Positions 46,293 to 54,903 of a DNA stretch of 64,000 nt are shown piece by piece. Made by a program: the position numbers and the translations under genes. Source of the DNA: an uncultured Planctomycetia bacterium (GTDB taxonomy: Bacteria > Omnitrophota > Gorgyraeia > VGKH01 > JBHPFN01); NCBI GenBank assembly GCA_964406665.1, contig CAYOSQ010000008.1, positions 3,933 through 67,932 on the forward strand. The letters are read 5' to 3'. Numbering within the stretch: the stretch's first letter is position 1; every line of letters begins with the position of its first letter. The notes beneath the pieces are model-generated. The model searched no databases and had not been told where the DNA came from. It saw nothing but the letters and a program-made list of their open reading frames with translations.

Positions 46293-49235
46293 TTGCGGTT
46301 GCAAAATTTTAGCCATATTCAAGAAAACAATATGGAGAATATTTATTTGAACAATTGTAAAAGTATTCATCTGCAAAAAGACAAAAATAATTTATTGAAA
46401 GCAATAGTATTATTTACTATTGCTTTTTTGTGTTTTGTGCAGAGCGTTGTTTTTGCAGATGATTCATTAAAAAAAGAGTTTTATGAAAGTGGAGCAGTTA
46501 AGAGTGAGACTAGATTAGAATCTGGAAGGCCACACGGGATTGCAAAAACTTATTATGAAAATAGTTCTCTGTGGATAGAAGAGCAGTATGTCAATGGAAA
46601 GCTAAATGGTTTTGTTAAGCGATATTATATAAATGGTGCATTGTTAAGCGAGGAATCATATAAAGACAATAAGCCCGAGGGCATTGCCAATACGTATTAC
46701 AAGAATGGGAATCTTTGGACGGAAGGTAATTATGTTGACGGTGAACCAGAAGGAGTTTTCAGGATATATGATGAAAAAGGGATAGTTTTACAGGAGAAGC
46801 TTTATAGACAAGGAAAGCTATCAGAAGATATTCAAATAGATTATGCCAAGGCTGCAGCAAAACTAAAAGATGAGTTATTTGCTCTTAAGTTATCAAAAGA
46901 GAAAATTGAGGTAAAATTAAACGAGAGAATTGATTCTCTTGAAGATGAAAATGTCGATGTTCGTTCAAGGCTTGAATCTGAAGTTTCTTTACTTAGAAAG
47001 AAGGAAAAAGAGTTATCAAGTGAATTAAATTCTTTGAAGGGATCCAAAGAGTCTTTAAAAAAGCTTGAGGCAAAGTTAAATAAAAGAATAGAGTCGCTTA
47101 AAAATGAAAATACTGAAGTTCGCTCAAGGTTAGAATCTGATATTTCTTCTTTTAGAAAAAAAGAAAGAGACTTAATCGTTGAATTAAGTGTATTGAAAAA
47201 ATCTAGAGATTCTCTTCAGTCAGAGCTTAATAAAAAGATCTCTGAGCTTAAAAATTCAAAAAAACTTAGTGTTTCCGAGCTTGAGAAAAAGATAGAAAAC
47301 CTTGAAGATTCTAAAAATGCAAACGAGTCAAAACTTAAAAAGACAATTACTGACCTTAAGTACTCTAAATCAGAAATGGAGAAGAAGCTTATCGATAGAG
47401 CTGACAAGGCCAAAGATTTTGGTAAAAAAGAGATTTCGTTGTTGAAAGATCAGTCAATTGCTTTCAATAAGAGAAATGTTGAATTAAAAACTACCCTTGA
47501 GTCAAAAATCAATTCTTTAAAAAATAAAGAAAAAGAACTGAGCAAACAGTTAGCTAATTTACAGAGATCCAATGATAAATTAGTATCTGATTTAAAAAGT
47601 GAAATAGCTGCTTTAGAGAAGTCCAAGGGTCAATCTGAATCTGAGTTGAGAAGTGAAATAACTGTTTTAGAAAAATCTAAAGAACAATCTGAATCTAACC
47701 TAAAAAATAAAATAGTTACTTTGCAAGGATCAAAAGAAAAACGTGAATCTGAACTGAAAAAAGAAATAGAATCTCTGCTGCAAGATAAATACAAAAATAC
47801 TTCCATTCTCAGGAAAGATATTGAGATGTTGAAATCTGCCAGAGAAAATACCGAGAAAAGTCTTATGGAACAAGTACTCGAAGCTAAACGTGTCAATAAG
47901 CATATAATATCTGACCTTAAAGGACAGATTAGTTCTTTGAAAAATATTAACACTGAAGAAAAGACTAAGCTTGAAGGAGAAATCGCTTCTCTTGAAGAAG
48001 ATTTTAAATCTCTTGAATCTAATTTTGTTACATTGGAAAAATCGAAAAATATTGATTTAGAGAAGCTGAAAAGACAACTTGAAAATTCTCAATCTCGCCT
48101 TAAAAAAATCAACTCCCAGAAAGATAATAGTCAGAAGAATATTAAGGAGCTTAACTCGCAAATTGTTAAATTAAAACAGGAATATTCTAAAACTAAGAAT
48201 CTGCTGGAATTGCAGATTACTTCCTTAAAAGAGAATAACACCTTTTTAAAAAGTGAATTTAAGAGCTTGCAGACATCTAAGGAGAAAATCGTCGATGGTT
48301 TAGCCCAAGAACTTAATGAGCTGGAAGAATTTAGAGAAGTGGCTATAGAAGAATTGAACAGTCGCATTGCAGCTTTTGAAGATACCAAGAAAGATGTTGA
48401 GAGTAAGTATAAACAGCAAGTTTCATCTATCGAAAAATCAAAGCAACAAGCCATTTATAAGCTTGAGAGTAAATTAAAACTGTTGCAGAGTGAAAGCGCA
48501 ATAACAAAATCCCGTATGAAAACAGAGATAAATTTATTAAAAAATAAAGAAGCAATTCTCAAAAAGGAATTAGAGATTTTAAGAGGTTTTAAGGATAATA
48601 CTGAAGAGACCGCTAGTTTAACTGATTATACTTCTGCAGAGCTATTGGCTCAACAGGGTACAGCAGATGACTTAGAGAATGTTTTGGAAATATCACAGGG
48701 AAGCATTGATTTTCTCCTAGAAGATAGCCCTGGATGCAGGAAAGTAAATGGCGTTTGCTCTACCTATTATGAAGATGGTCCGCTCTGGATAGAAGAACCT
48801 TACAAAAATGGAAAGAAAAACGGTATAGTAAAAAGATATTACAAGAGCGGCTCTATCCTTAGCAAAGCAGAATTTAAGAATGATGAATTAAACGGAAAGC
48901 TTAAAACATTCTATGAAGATGGAACTCTTTGGAGTGAGGGTCATTTTAAAGATGGTCAACCAGATGGAGCTTTCAAAGGTTATTATGAAAACGGTATATT
49001 GCAGAGTGAGTGGAGAGTAAGCAAAGGTTTGTTAAGTGGAGTAACGAAAACTTATTACGTAAATGGAAAGTTACGCAGCGAAGGAACTTTTCTTAATGGA
49101 GCACAACAAGGTATTTTTCAGGGTTTTTATAAAAATAAACGCCTGATGTATAAAGATACATATAAAAACGGAACGCTTGTCAAGCAGATATACTTTGACA
49201 ATAAGGGCAAGGTTATTTTCGACCGCGAGTACTAA
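46293..49235 (+). CDS. 980-aa membrane-anchored coiled-coil protein flanked by MORN-repeat modules
   Basis: N-terminal TM/signal anchor. About 4 MORN-like repeats at residues ~60-180. About 600 residues of low-complexity heptad-like K/E/S/L-rich coiled coil with tandem ~57-aa units. About 5 MORN-like repeats at the C-terminus (YYEDGPLWIEEPYKNGKKNGIVKRYYKSG...). Confidence 0.7.
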   Translation: MRLQNFSHIQENNMENIYLNNCKSIHLQKDKNNLLKAIVLFTIAFLCFVQSVVFADDSLKKEFYESGAVKSETRLESGRPHGIAKTYYENSSLWIEEQYVNGKLNGFVKRYYINGALLSEESYKDNKPEGIANTYYKNGNLWTEGNYVDGEPEGVFRIYDEKGIVLQEKLYRQGKLSEDIQIDYAKAAAKLKDELFALKLSKEKIEVKLNERIDSLEDENVDVRSRLESEVSLLRKKEKELSSELNSLKGSKESLKKLEAKLNKRIESLKNENTEVRSRLESDISSFRKKERDLIVELSVLKKSRDSLQSELNKKISELKNSKKLSVSELEKKIENLEDSKNANESKLKKTITDLKYSKSEMEKKLIDRADKAKDFGKKEISLLKDQSIAFNKRNVELKTTLESKINSLKNKEKELSKQLANLQRSNDKLVSDLKSEIAALEKSKGQSESELRSEITVLEKSKEQSESNLKNKIVTLQGSKEKRESELKKEIESLLQDKYKNTSILRKDIEMLKSARENTEKSLMEQVLEAKRVNKHIISDLKGQISSLKNINTEEKTKLEGEIASLEEDFKSLESNFVTLEKSKNIDLEKLKRQLENSQSRLKKINSQKDNSQKNIKELNSQIVKLKQEYSKTKNLLELQITSLKENNTFLKSEFKSLQTSKEKIVDGLAQELNELEEFREVAIEELNSRIAAFEDTKKDVESKYKQQVSSIEKSKQQAIYKLESKLKLLQSESAITKSRMKTEINLLKNKEAILKKELEILRGFKDNTEETASLTDYTSAELLAQQGTADDLENVLEISQGSIDFLLEDSPGCRKVNGVCSTYYEDGPLWIEEPYKNGKKNGIVKRYYKSGSILSKAEFKNDELNGKLKTFYEDGTLWSEGHFKDGQPDGAFKGYYENGILQSEWRVSKGLLSGVTKTYYVNGKLRSEGTFLNGAQQGIFQGFYKNKRLMYKDTYKNGTLVKQIYFDNKGKVIFDREY
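46900..47240 (+). repeat. in-frame tandem ~170-nt (57-aa) repeat units inside the coiled-coil gene
   Basis: KIEVKLNERIDSLEDENVDVRSRLESEVSLLRKKEKELSSELNSLKGSKESLKKLEA versus KLNKRIESLKNENTEVRSRLESDISSFRKKERDLIVELSVLKKSRDSLQSELN. Nucleotide similarity is visible (e.g. gttcgctcaaggttagaatctga versus gttcgttcaaggcttgaatctga). Boundaries approximate. Confidence 0.55.
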
Positions 49236-49388
49236 ACTCACAACTTTTCTTTTACGTCTATCCAGACATGATGACAACAGAGCACTTTAATATTTTTTTG
49301 ATAGTTGCAGCTTCTATATCTTTAATAGTTTTATTGATATATTTCTTGAAAGTGCAGAAATTCCTAAAAAAGTAAGTCATCTGAACAT

Positions 49389-50153
49389 TTGAACCCAAAA
49401 AATAGAATGAAGAAAACTTTAGTCTTATTTTTGTTTATTTTAGGCATTTTAGTTTCATTGTATTATTTTGTAAATTTTAAAGAGTCTAAGGTTAAAAGCA
49501 ATCCCGATTTAAATAAAGTAACCCCGGGGATATCTAAAGACATGCTTTTTGCTCTTTATGGTAAAGAAGATGAAAGGACATACCGTATAGAAGGTAGTAA
49601 TGAATGGATTACTTTTAACCGAAGAAAAAGAGGGATTATAGGCGGGGCGGTAACCTTTTATCTGAAAAATAACAAAGTTGTTGAGTGGAAATTAGACGAT
49701 AGAGAAGAAATAATCAAAGAATACCTGGGAGAATTTTGCTCCAAAACCATAGTTGTAAACTTTCCTAAAATGTATTCTGCAATAAAATATGTTTTAGGGA
49801 AAATTCCATTAAAAGATTTTCTTTATTTAACCGAAAGAAATTATCCTGTACTGTTTACAGAATATTATTATCAAGATATGCCTAGGTTTGCAAATTCTTC
49901 AGAAATTATTATCTTAGAGGATGATCCGCCAACGTTTACAGAGGGTTTATATTTTGTTAAATTGAGCGCTGAACTTGAGGTTTCTGGTTCAGTGAATGAT
50001 ATCGTGGGAGTAGTTGCGCATGAACTTGCTCATAGAATGCTGGGGCACAGCTCTAGTAAATATACTGAGTTGATGGAAGAGGAGGCTAATAATCTTGTAA
50101 GGAATTGGGGTTTTGAAGAAGAATTAGTTGGTGCTAAAGAACACTATCAATGA
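49389..50153 (+). CDS. membrane-anchored protein with C-terminal ImmA/IrrE-like HExxH zinc-peptidase motif
   Basis: N-terminal TM helix. C-terminal VAHELAHRMLGH followed 13 aa later by EEEANNLV (HExxH...ExEAN pattern of COG2856-type metallopeptidases). The true start may be the internal Met at 49407. Confidence 0.45.
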   Translation: MNPKNRMKKTLVLFLFILGILVSLYYFVNFKESKVKSNPDLNKVTPGISKDMLFALYGKEDERTYRIEGSNEWITFNRRKRGIIGGAVTFYLKNNKVVEWKLDDREEIIKEYLGEFCSKTIVVNFPKMYSAIKYVLGKIPLKDFLYLTERNYPVLFTEYYYQDMPRFANSSEIIILEDDPPTFTEGLYFVKLSAELEVSGSVNDIVGVVAHELAHRMLGHSSSKYTELMEEEANNLVRNWGFEEELVGAKEHYQ

Positions 50154-50184
50154 TTTTTTATAATCATTATAAAATGGAGCAGCA

Positions 50185-50571
50185 GTGATGGATAAAGAAT
50201 TAGTAGTAGTTGGAGATAGAGTTTTAATTACGCCTGATGAAGAGCAGAATCGTACTGACACGGGATTATATTTACCGGTAGGAGTTCGAGAAAAGGAAAG
50301 AGTTCAAAGCGGTATAATAGTTAAAATTGGTCCAGGGTATCCTGTACCTGATCCTTCTTCTTTAGGTGATGAGCCATGGCAGAATTATCAAAAAGAAAAC
50401 AAATATTTTCCTTTGCAGGCAAAAGAGGGAGATTATTGTATTTTTTTAAGGAATGACGGCATAGAAATAGAATACAATAAAAAGAAATATATAGTCGTGC
50501 CGAATTCAGCCATAATGGTTCTTTTGAGAAATAAGAAAGAAACTAAGCCTCCAGACAATGATATTTTATAA
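50185..50571 (+). CDS. GroES/Cpn10-family paralog (stand-alone, no adjacent groEL)
   Basis: VVGDRVLI ... GLYLPVGVREKERVQSGIIVKIGPG ... KEGDYCIF ... YIVVPNSAIMVLL follows the Cpn10 beta-barrel order. 128 aa with an extended roof/insert region. Confidence 0.55.
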   Translation: MMDKELVVVGDRVLITPDEEQNRTDTGLYLPVGVREKERVQSGIIVKIGPGYPVPDPSSLGDEPWQNYQKENKYFPLQAKEGDYCIFLRNDGIEIEYNKKKYIVVPNSAIMVLLRNKKETKPPDNDIL

Positions 50572-50629
50572 TTCCTGCCTTTTTAAAATTAATATTCTTT
50601 AGATTTAATCTGAAAATTTTAGGATAACA

Positions 50630-51436
50630 ATGAAAATTAGCCGTATAGACAGTATTGAAGATAAAAGAATTAGTATTTTTCGTTCCCTCAAAGGAAAGGA
50701 TTATATAAAAAAAGGTGTTTTTATAGGTGAAGGAGAGAAGGTAGTCGGATACTTATTAAGAAGCAAATTAGACCTGATTTCTGTTTTGATAACCGAAAAA
50801 TGGTTAGAAAAAATAAACTCAAAATTTAAAGGAGCAAAAAAGTCTAAAATTAAAGTTTATCTTTTGGATAAAAAAGAGATGGAAAAAGTTGTCGGGTTTA
50901 AGTTGCATCAGGGCATCATGGCAGCCGCAAAAATCCCTAAGCAAATCACAATCAATAAGGCTTTAAAACTTTATTCTAAGCCTTGTTTATTCGTTGCCTT
51001 TGATGCTATCCACGATGTAGAAAATATTGGTTTGATCGTCCGTAACTGCGTTGCTTTCGGTGTAGGTGCGTTAATCATTGACAAAAGATCGAGTAATCCT
51101 TATTTACGTAGAGCTGTTAGAGTATCCATGGGAGCGGTATTTAGTTTACCTATTATTATGGTTGAAAATGTTGCTGCAACATTAAGAATGCTGAAGAAAC
51201 AACTCGGTTTTTCAGTTATCGCAGCTTCTTCTAAGGGGAGGTCTGTTGGTTTAGATAAACTGAACGTTTCTCACAATAAATGCTTGGTGCTAGGAAATGA
51301 GGCTTATGGTCTCTCTAGGGATATTTTAAGATTGGCAGATAATATTATTAAAATCAAAGTTAATTTTGAATCTTTAAATGTTGCAAGCGCTTCGGCCATA
51401 ATGCTTCACCATTTGGCAGAATTGAGGCATCGCTAA
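50630..51436 (+). CDS. TrmH/SpoU-family RNA 2'-O-methyltransferase with N-terminal substrate-binding domain
   Basis: SPOUT knot motifs (VENIGLIVRNCVAFGV, VLGNEAYGLS, NVASASAIMLH). Confidence 0.8.
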   Translation: MKISRIDSIEDKRISIFRSLKGKDYIKKGVFIGEGEKVVGYLLRSKLDLISVLITEKWLEKINSKFKGAKKSKIKVYLLDKKEMEKVVGFKLHQGIMAAAKIPKQITINKALKLYSKPCLFVAFDAIHDVENIGLIVRNCVAFGVGALIIDKRSSNPYLRRAVRVSMGAVFSLPIIMVENVAATLRMLKKQLGFSVIAASSKGRSVGLDKLNVSHNKCLVLGNEAYGLSRDILRLADNIIKIKVNFESLNVASASAIMLHHLAELRHR

Positions 51437-51523
51437 TGGTTTATCATGTTCCATGTTGAATTATTCCTCAGTGTTGTTATAATATTAACCATTGAATTAT
51501 ATCTTATAGTATAGTTTTTTTTA

Positions 51524-53218
51524 TTGGGTGATTATATGTTTGAAGAGATAATAGCTAAAATATCTGTTTTTCATCTGAATGTATTATTCCTTTTGGGCCT
51601 TGCCCTTTTTGGTGGCACCATAGGAGGACGTTTGTTCCAGAAGCTGAAGATTCCTCAAGTGGTCGGCTATATCGCTATAGGGATTGCACTTGGGCAATCT
51701 GGCATTAATATAGTTAACCACGAAATGATTGAAACCTTGTTACCGTTTAACTATTTTGCACTTGGACTTATTGGTTTCATGATAGGTGGTGAGCTTAAAA
51801 GAGAGATTTTTGCAAAATATGGTAAACAGTTTCTTTATATTTTGTTATCTGAAGGCATAACTGCTTTTATCGTTGTTGCAGCTTTAATTGGAAGCGTAGG
51901 AAGTTTGTTTTTTGATGCAAAAATCGCATGGTCGCTAGGTTTGCTGCTTGGCGCTATTGCTTCAGCCACTGCTCCGGCTGCCACTACAGAGGTGCTTAGG
52001 GAATATAAAACACGCGGTCCGCTGACTACAACGGTGTTTGGTATTATTGCTTTAGATGATGGTTTAGCACTTGTGCTTTTTGCTATTGCTGCTAGCATTG
52101 CTGGTAATTTAAGCGGCCTTGTTGAAAGCAGCGCCTTGAAAACATTTATTCATCCTTTGTATGAAATTGGTGTTGCAATAATAGTAGGTATTTGTTCGGG
52201 ATTTATACTTAATAAAATGCTTCGAAAGTATCCCGAGGCCAGCAGAATTCTTGCTTTTACTATCGGTGCGGTATTGCTTGTTGTCGGTTTATCTTTGGTT
52301 ATTCATGTAGATATGTTGATTGCCGCTATGACGCTAGGGTTAGTTGTAGGTAATTTTATACCTAGAAAAAGTAAAGAAGTTTTTGAATTAGTCGGAAGTT
52401 TTACACCGCCGATTTATGTATTATTTTTTGTCTTAGTTGGAGCAAAATTAGATATTAGCCATATGACTTTACCGATTATTATACTTCTTGGAATTTATCT
52501 TTTAGGAAGAAGTGCAGGTAAATTTATCGGGTCTAACTTTGGTGCGCACTTAGCAAAAGCACCTGCAACAGTGAGGAAATATCTGCCTCTTTGTCTTTTT
52601 AGTCAGGCTGGGGTTGCGATCGGTTTATCTATTTTAGCTAGTCATTATTTTTCGGGAGAATTAGGTAATTCGATAGTAATTATAATTACTGCCTCTACTT
52701 TCGTGCTTGAAATTATTGGTCCTCCATTAGTTAAGGTTGCCGTTGTAAAGGCAGGGGAAGCCGGACTAAATATTACTGAAGAGGATTTAATACAAACCAG
52801 TAATGCAAAAGATATAATGGAAGCAAATTTTCCTTTTATCGTCAAGAATGTTTCATTGGGTGAAATTATCAAGATTTTCAGCGAAAGCAATAATCTTTAT
52901 TACCCAGTGGTAGATAGCGAAAAAAAACTATTGGGGATTATTACTGTGGATAATATTAAAAATACTTTTATGGAAACAAGCCTAAACCATTTTTTGCTTG
53001 CCGATGATCTTATGGAGCCGGTTGTAAAAACGGCATCACCGGAAACAACAGTTGCCGAAATAATAAAGTTACTGAAAATTTATCATCTTGAATGTATCCC
53101 AGTAGTCTTGGATGATAATAGGTTAATAGGATTGATTGAGAGAAGGAGGCTTGACAGGGTAATTTCTACTAAGATGATGGAACTACAGAGGCAGGCTGAT
53201 TTTCTTGAAGGTGAATAA
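51524..53218 (+). CDS. monovalent cation/proton antiporter (CPA superfamily, Na+/H+ exchanger-like) fused to a C-terminal CBS pair
   Basis: About 11 TM helices with exchanger-type glycine-rich helices. C-terminal ~150 aa with two CBS motifs (YYPVVDSEKKLLGIITVDNI, LECIPVVLDDNRLIGLIERRRL). Confidence 0.72.
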   Translation: MGDYMFEEIIAKISVFHLNVLFLLGLALFGGTIGGRLFQKLKIPQVVGYIAIGIALGQSGINIVNHEMIETLLPFNYFALGLIGFMIGGELKREIFAKYGKQFLYILLSEGITAFIVVAALIGSVGSLFFDAKIAWSLGLLLGAIASATAPAATTEVLREYKTRGPLTTTVFGIIALDDGLALVLFAIAASIAGNLSGLVESSALKTFIHPLYEIGVAIIVGICSGFILNKMLRKYPEASRILAFTIGAVLLVVGLSLVIHVDMLIAAMTLGLVVGNFIPRKSKEVFELVGSFTPPIYVLFFVLVGAKLDISHMTLPIIILLGIYLLGRSAGKFIGSNFGAHLAKAPATVRKYLPLCLFSQAGVAIGLSILASHYFSGELGNSIVIIITASTFVLEIIGPPLVKVAVVKAGEAGLNITEEDLIQTSNAKDIMEANFPFIVKNVSLGEIIKIFSESNNLYYPVVDSEKKLLGIITVDNIKNTFMETSLNHFLLADDLMEPVVKTASPETTVAEIIKLLKIYHLECIPVVLDDNRLIGLIERRRLDRVISTKMMELQRQADFLEGE

Positions 53219-53284
53219 TTTTCTTTAAACCTTAATAAAAAGAATGTATAATAAATTAATATTAAAAATTAAGGAGTCGGTTAT

Positions 53285-53707
53285 ATGCTAAAAGCTTCTC
53301 TTGAAGATATAATGTCAGAAGATGTAGTTACAATTAAGGACAATGCTACTGTTGGACAGGCTGCTCATATACTTCTTAGATTTAGGATAAATGGAATACT
53401 TATAGTTGACCAGAGTGACAAAAATAGTGTCAAAGGAGTTCTCACCACAACAGATCTTCTGAGATTGCTTGATAATGCTATGTCAGAGCAGAAGAAAAGG
53501 AAAGAGGCAATTGAAAATGTATCAAAGCGTCTAGCTGTTGAAGTTGCGAATAAAGATGTTGTAAATCTGCAGAAAGATATTAAGATCGAAAGAGCTATTG
53601 CTCTTATGCATAGAAGAAATATCCACACCATTCCTGTATATGAAGGCGAACGCCTTGTCGGCATAGTTGGAAGGCATGATATCTTAAACCTCGCCTTCAG
53701 CTACTAA
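53285..53707 (+). CDS. stand-alone CBS-pair protein
   Basis: Two CBS motifs (INGILIVDQSDKNSVKGVLTTTDL, IHTIPVYEGERLVGIVGRHDI). Confidence 0.8.
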   Translation: MLKASLEDIMSEDVVTIKDNATVGQAAHILLRFRINGILIVDQSDKNSVKGVLTTTDLLRLLDNAMSEQKKRKEAIENVSKRLAVEVANKDVVNLQKDIKIERAIALMHRRNIHTIPVYEGERLVGIVGRHDILNLAFSY

Positions 53708-53790
53708 TTGTTTAATTCTTTAATTATAGTTATTTTAGGTTCAAATGGTCTTAATTCAATTCTGAATTATAGTTATATTCAAATATAATA

Positions 53791-53819
53791 TTGACATAAA
53801 CACTTAATTGAAGTAATAT
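53791..53819 (+). promoter_or_regulatory. sigma-70-like promoter (ttgaca-17-taatat) at the head of the receiver-domain signalling island
   Basis: ttgaca at 53791-53796, 17-nt spacer, taatat at 53814-53819, in a 180-nt AT-rich intergenic region. Confidence 0.4.
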
Positions 53820-53885
53820 GAATAATAAGAATAATGAGAAAAATGCGAACTAGGATTTTCCGCATAAAGAAAGGAGAGTAACAGC

Positions 53886-54254
53886 ATGAAGAAGATTTTA
53901 ATTATTGATGATGATACCAATATGCGTAATGCTGTAAATCGTATTCTAGGCCTTGAAAAAAAATATGAAGTTCATGAAGCAATCGATGGTGTTGATGGCG
54001 AGAAAAAGATAGGAGAGCTTAAGCCGGATCTCGTTATTCTTGATATAAAAATGCCGGGAAAAGATGGATATGAGGTTTGTTTGGATATTAGAAAAAACCC
54101 TATTTTAAAAGACGTTAAAATCGTTGCAATTACAGGATATTCAGGGAAGATTGGAGAAGGTATCATGGAAGCATTGGGTGCCGATGCTTTTTTTGAAAAG
54201 CCCTTTGATAACGATAAATTAAAAGCAGAAATAGCAAGACTTCTTGAAGATTAA
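53886..54254 (+). CDS. single-domain response regulator (CheY-like receiver)
   Basis: Acidic pocket IIDDD, phospho-acceptor in LVILDIKMPGKDG, conserved T (VAITGY) and K (EKPF). Confidence 0.85.
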   Translation: MKKILIIDDDTNMRNAVNRILGLEKKYEVHEAIDGVDGEKKIGELKPDLVILDIKMPGKDGYEVCLDIRKNPILKDVKIVAITGYSGKIGEGIMEALGADAFFEKPFDNDKLKAEIARLLED

Positions 54255-54832
54255 TGCTTAAACAAGATAGACCGCTAACCACTGGTGAAATAGCCAAGTA
54301 CTGCCACGTTACCTACCGCTGTATTCTCAAATGGATTGAGGCCGACAAACTGAAAACATTCCGTACTCCAGGTGGTCATAATCGCATCCACCTACGAGAT
54401 TTCCTTAATTTCCTTAAGGCCTACAATATGCCCGTTCCATTAGAGTTCGAAAAGAAGCTTAATAAAAGAAAGATTCTTATTGTCGATGATGACAAGAATA
54501 TGGTTAATTCTATAAAAAGGATTCTTAGAACGCAAAATGGTTCTTTTGATATTGAAGTAGCTTATGATGGATTTGATGTTGGAAGAAAAGTTGCGGAATT
54601 TAAACCTGACTTGGTTATTTTAGATATTAGGATGCCAGGGATGGATGGTTATGAGGTGATAAGGAGAATAAAAGAAATGCCCGGAGGCAAACATACAAAA
54701 ATTATCGCGATATCTGCTTATTTTAAAGAAGACGGAAAGAAAAATGTTGCCTCTCCTGTTGTAGAGGCTTGTTTGGATAAGCCGTTTGATAATGAGGAAT
54801 TGTTGAATAAAGTAAAAGGACTTATCTCTTAA
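54254..54832 (+). CDS. response regulator with reversed architecture: N-terminal excisionase/MerR-type HTH, C-terminal receiver domain
   Basis: LTTGEIAKYCHVTYRCILKWIEADKL...GHNRI HTH. Then receiver motifs (LIVDDD, LVILDIRMPGMDG, IIAISAY, DKPF). Confidence 0.75.
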   Translation: MLKQDRPLTTGEIAKYCHVTYRCILKWIEADKLKTFRTPGGHNRIHLRDFLNFLKAYNMPVPLEFEKKLNKRKILIVDDDKNMVNSIKRILRTQNGSFDIEVAYDGFDVGRKVAEFKPDLVILDIRMPGMDGYEVIRRIKEMPGGKHTKIIAISAYFKEDGKKNVASPVVEACLDKPFDNEELLNKVKGLIS

Positions 54833-54903
54833 AATAGTGATTTTCTATGATTTAAGAAAGTTTAAAATTCTTTAGCATGTTTTTTTGATGGAAGGAATTT
54901 ATT

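Noticed and set aside
46293-49235. Considered whether the strong periodic DNA repetition here could be a CRISPR array or satellite.
   Set aside because: The repeats are in-frame, imperfect and about 170 nt long, and they encode coiled-coil units. There are no short identical direct repeats with unique spacers. No cas genes are present.
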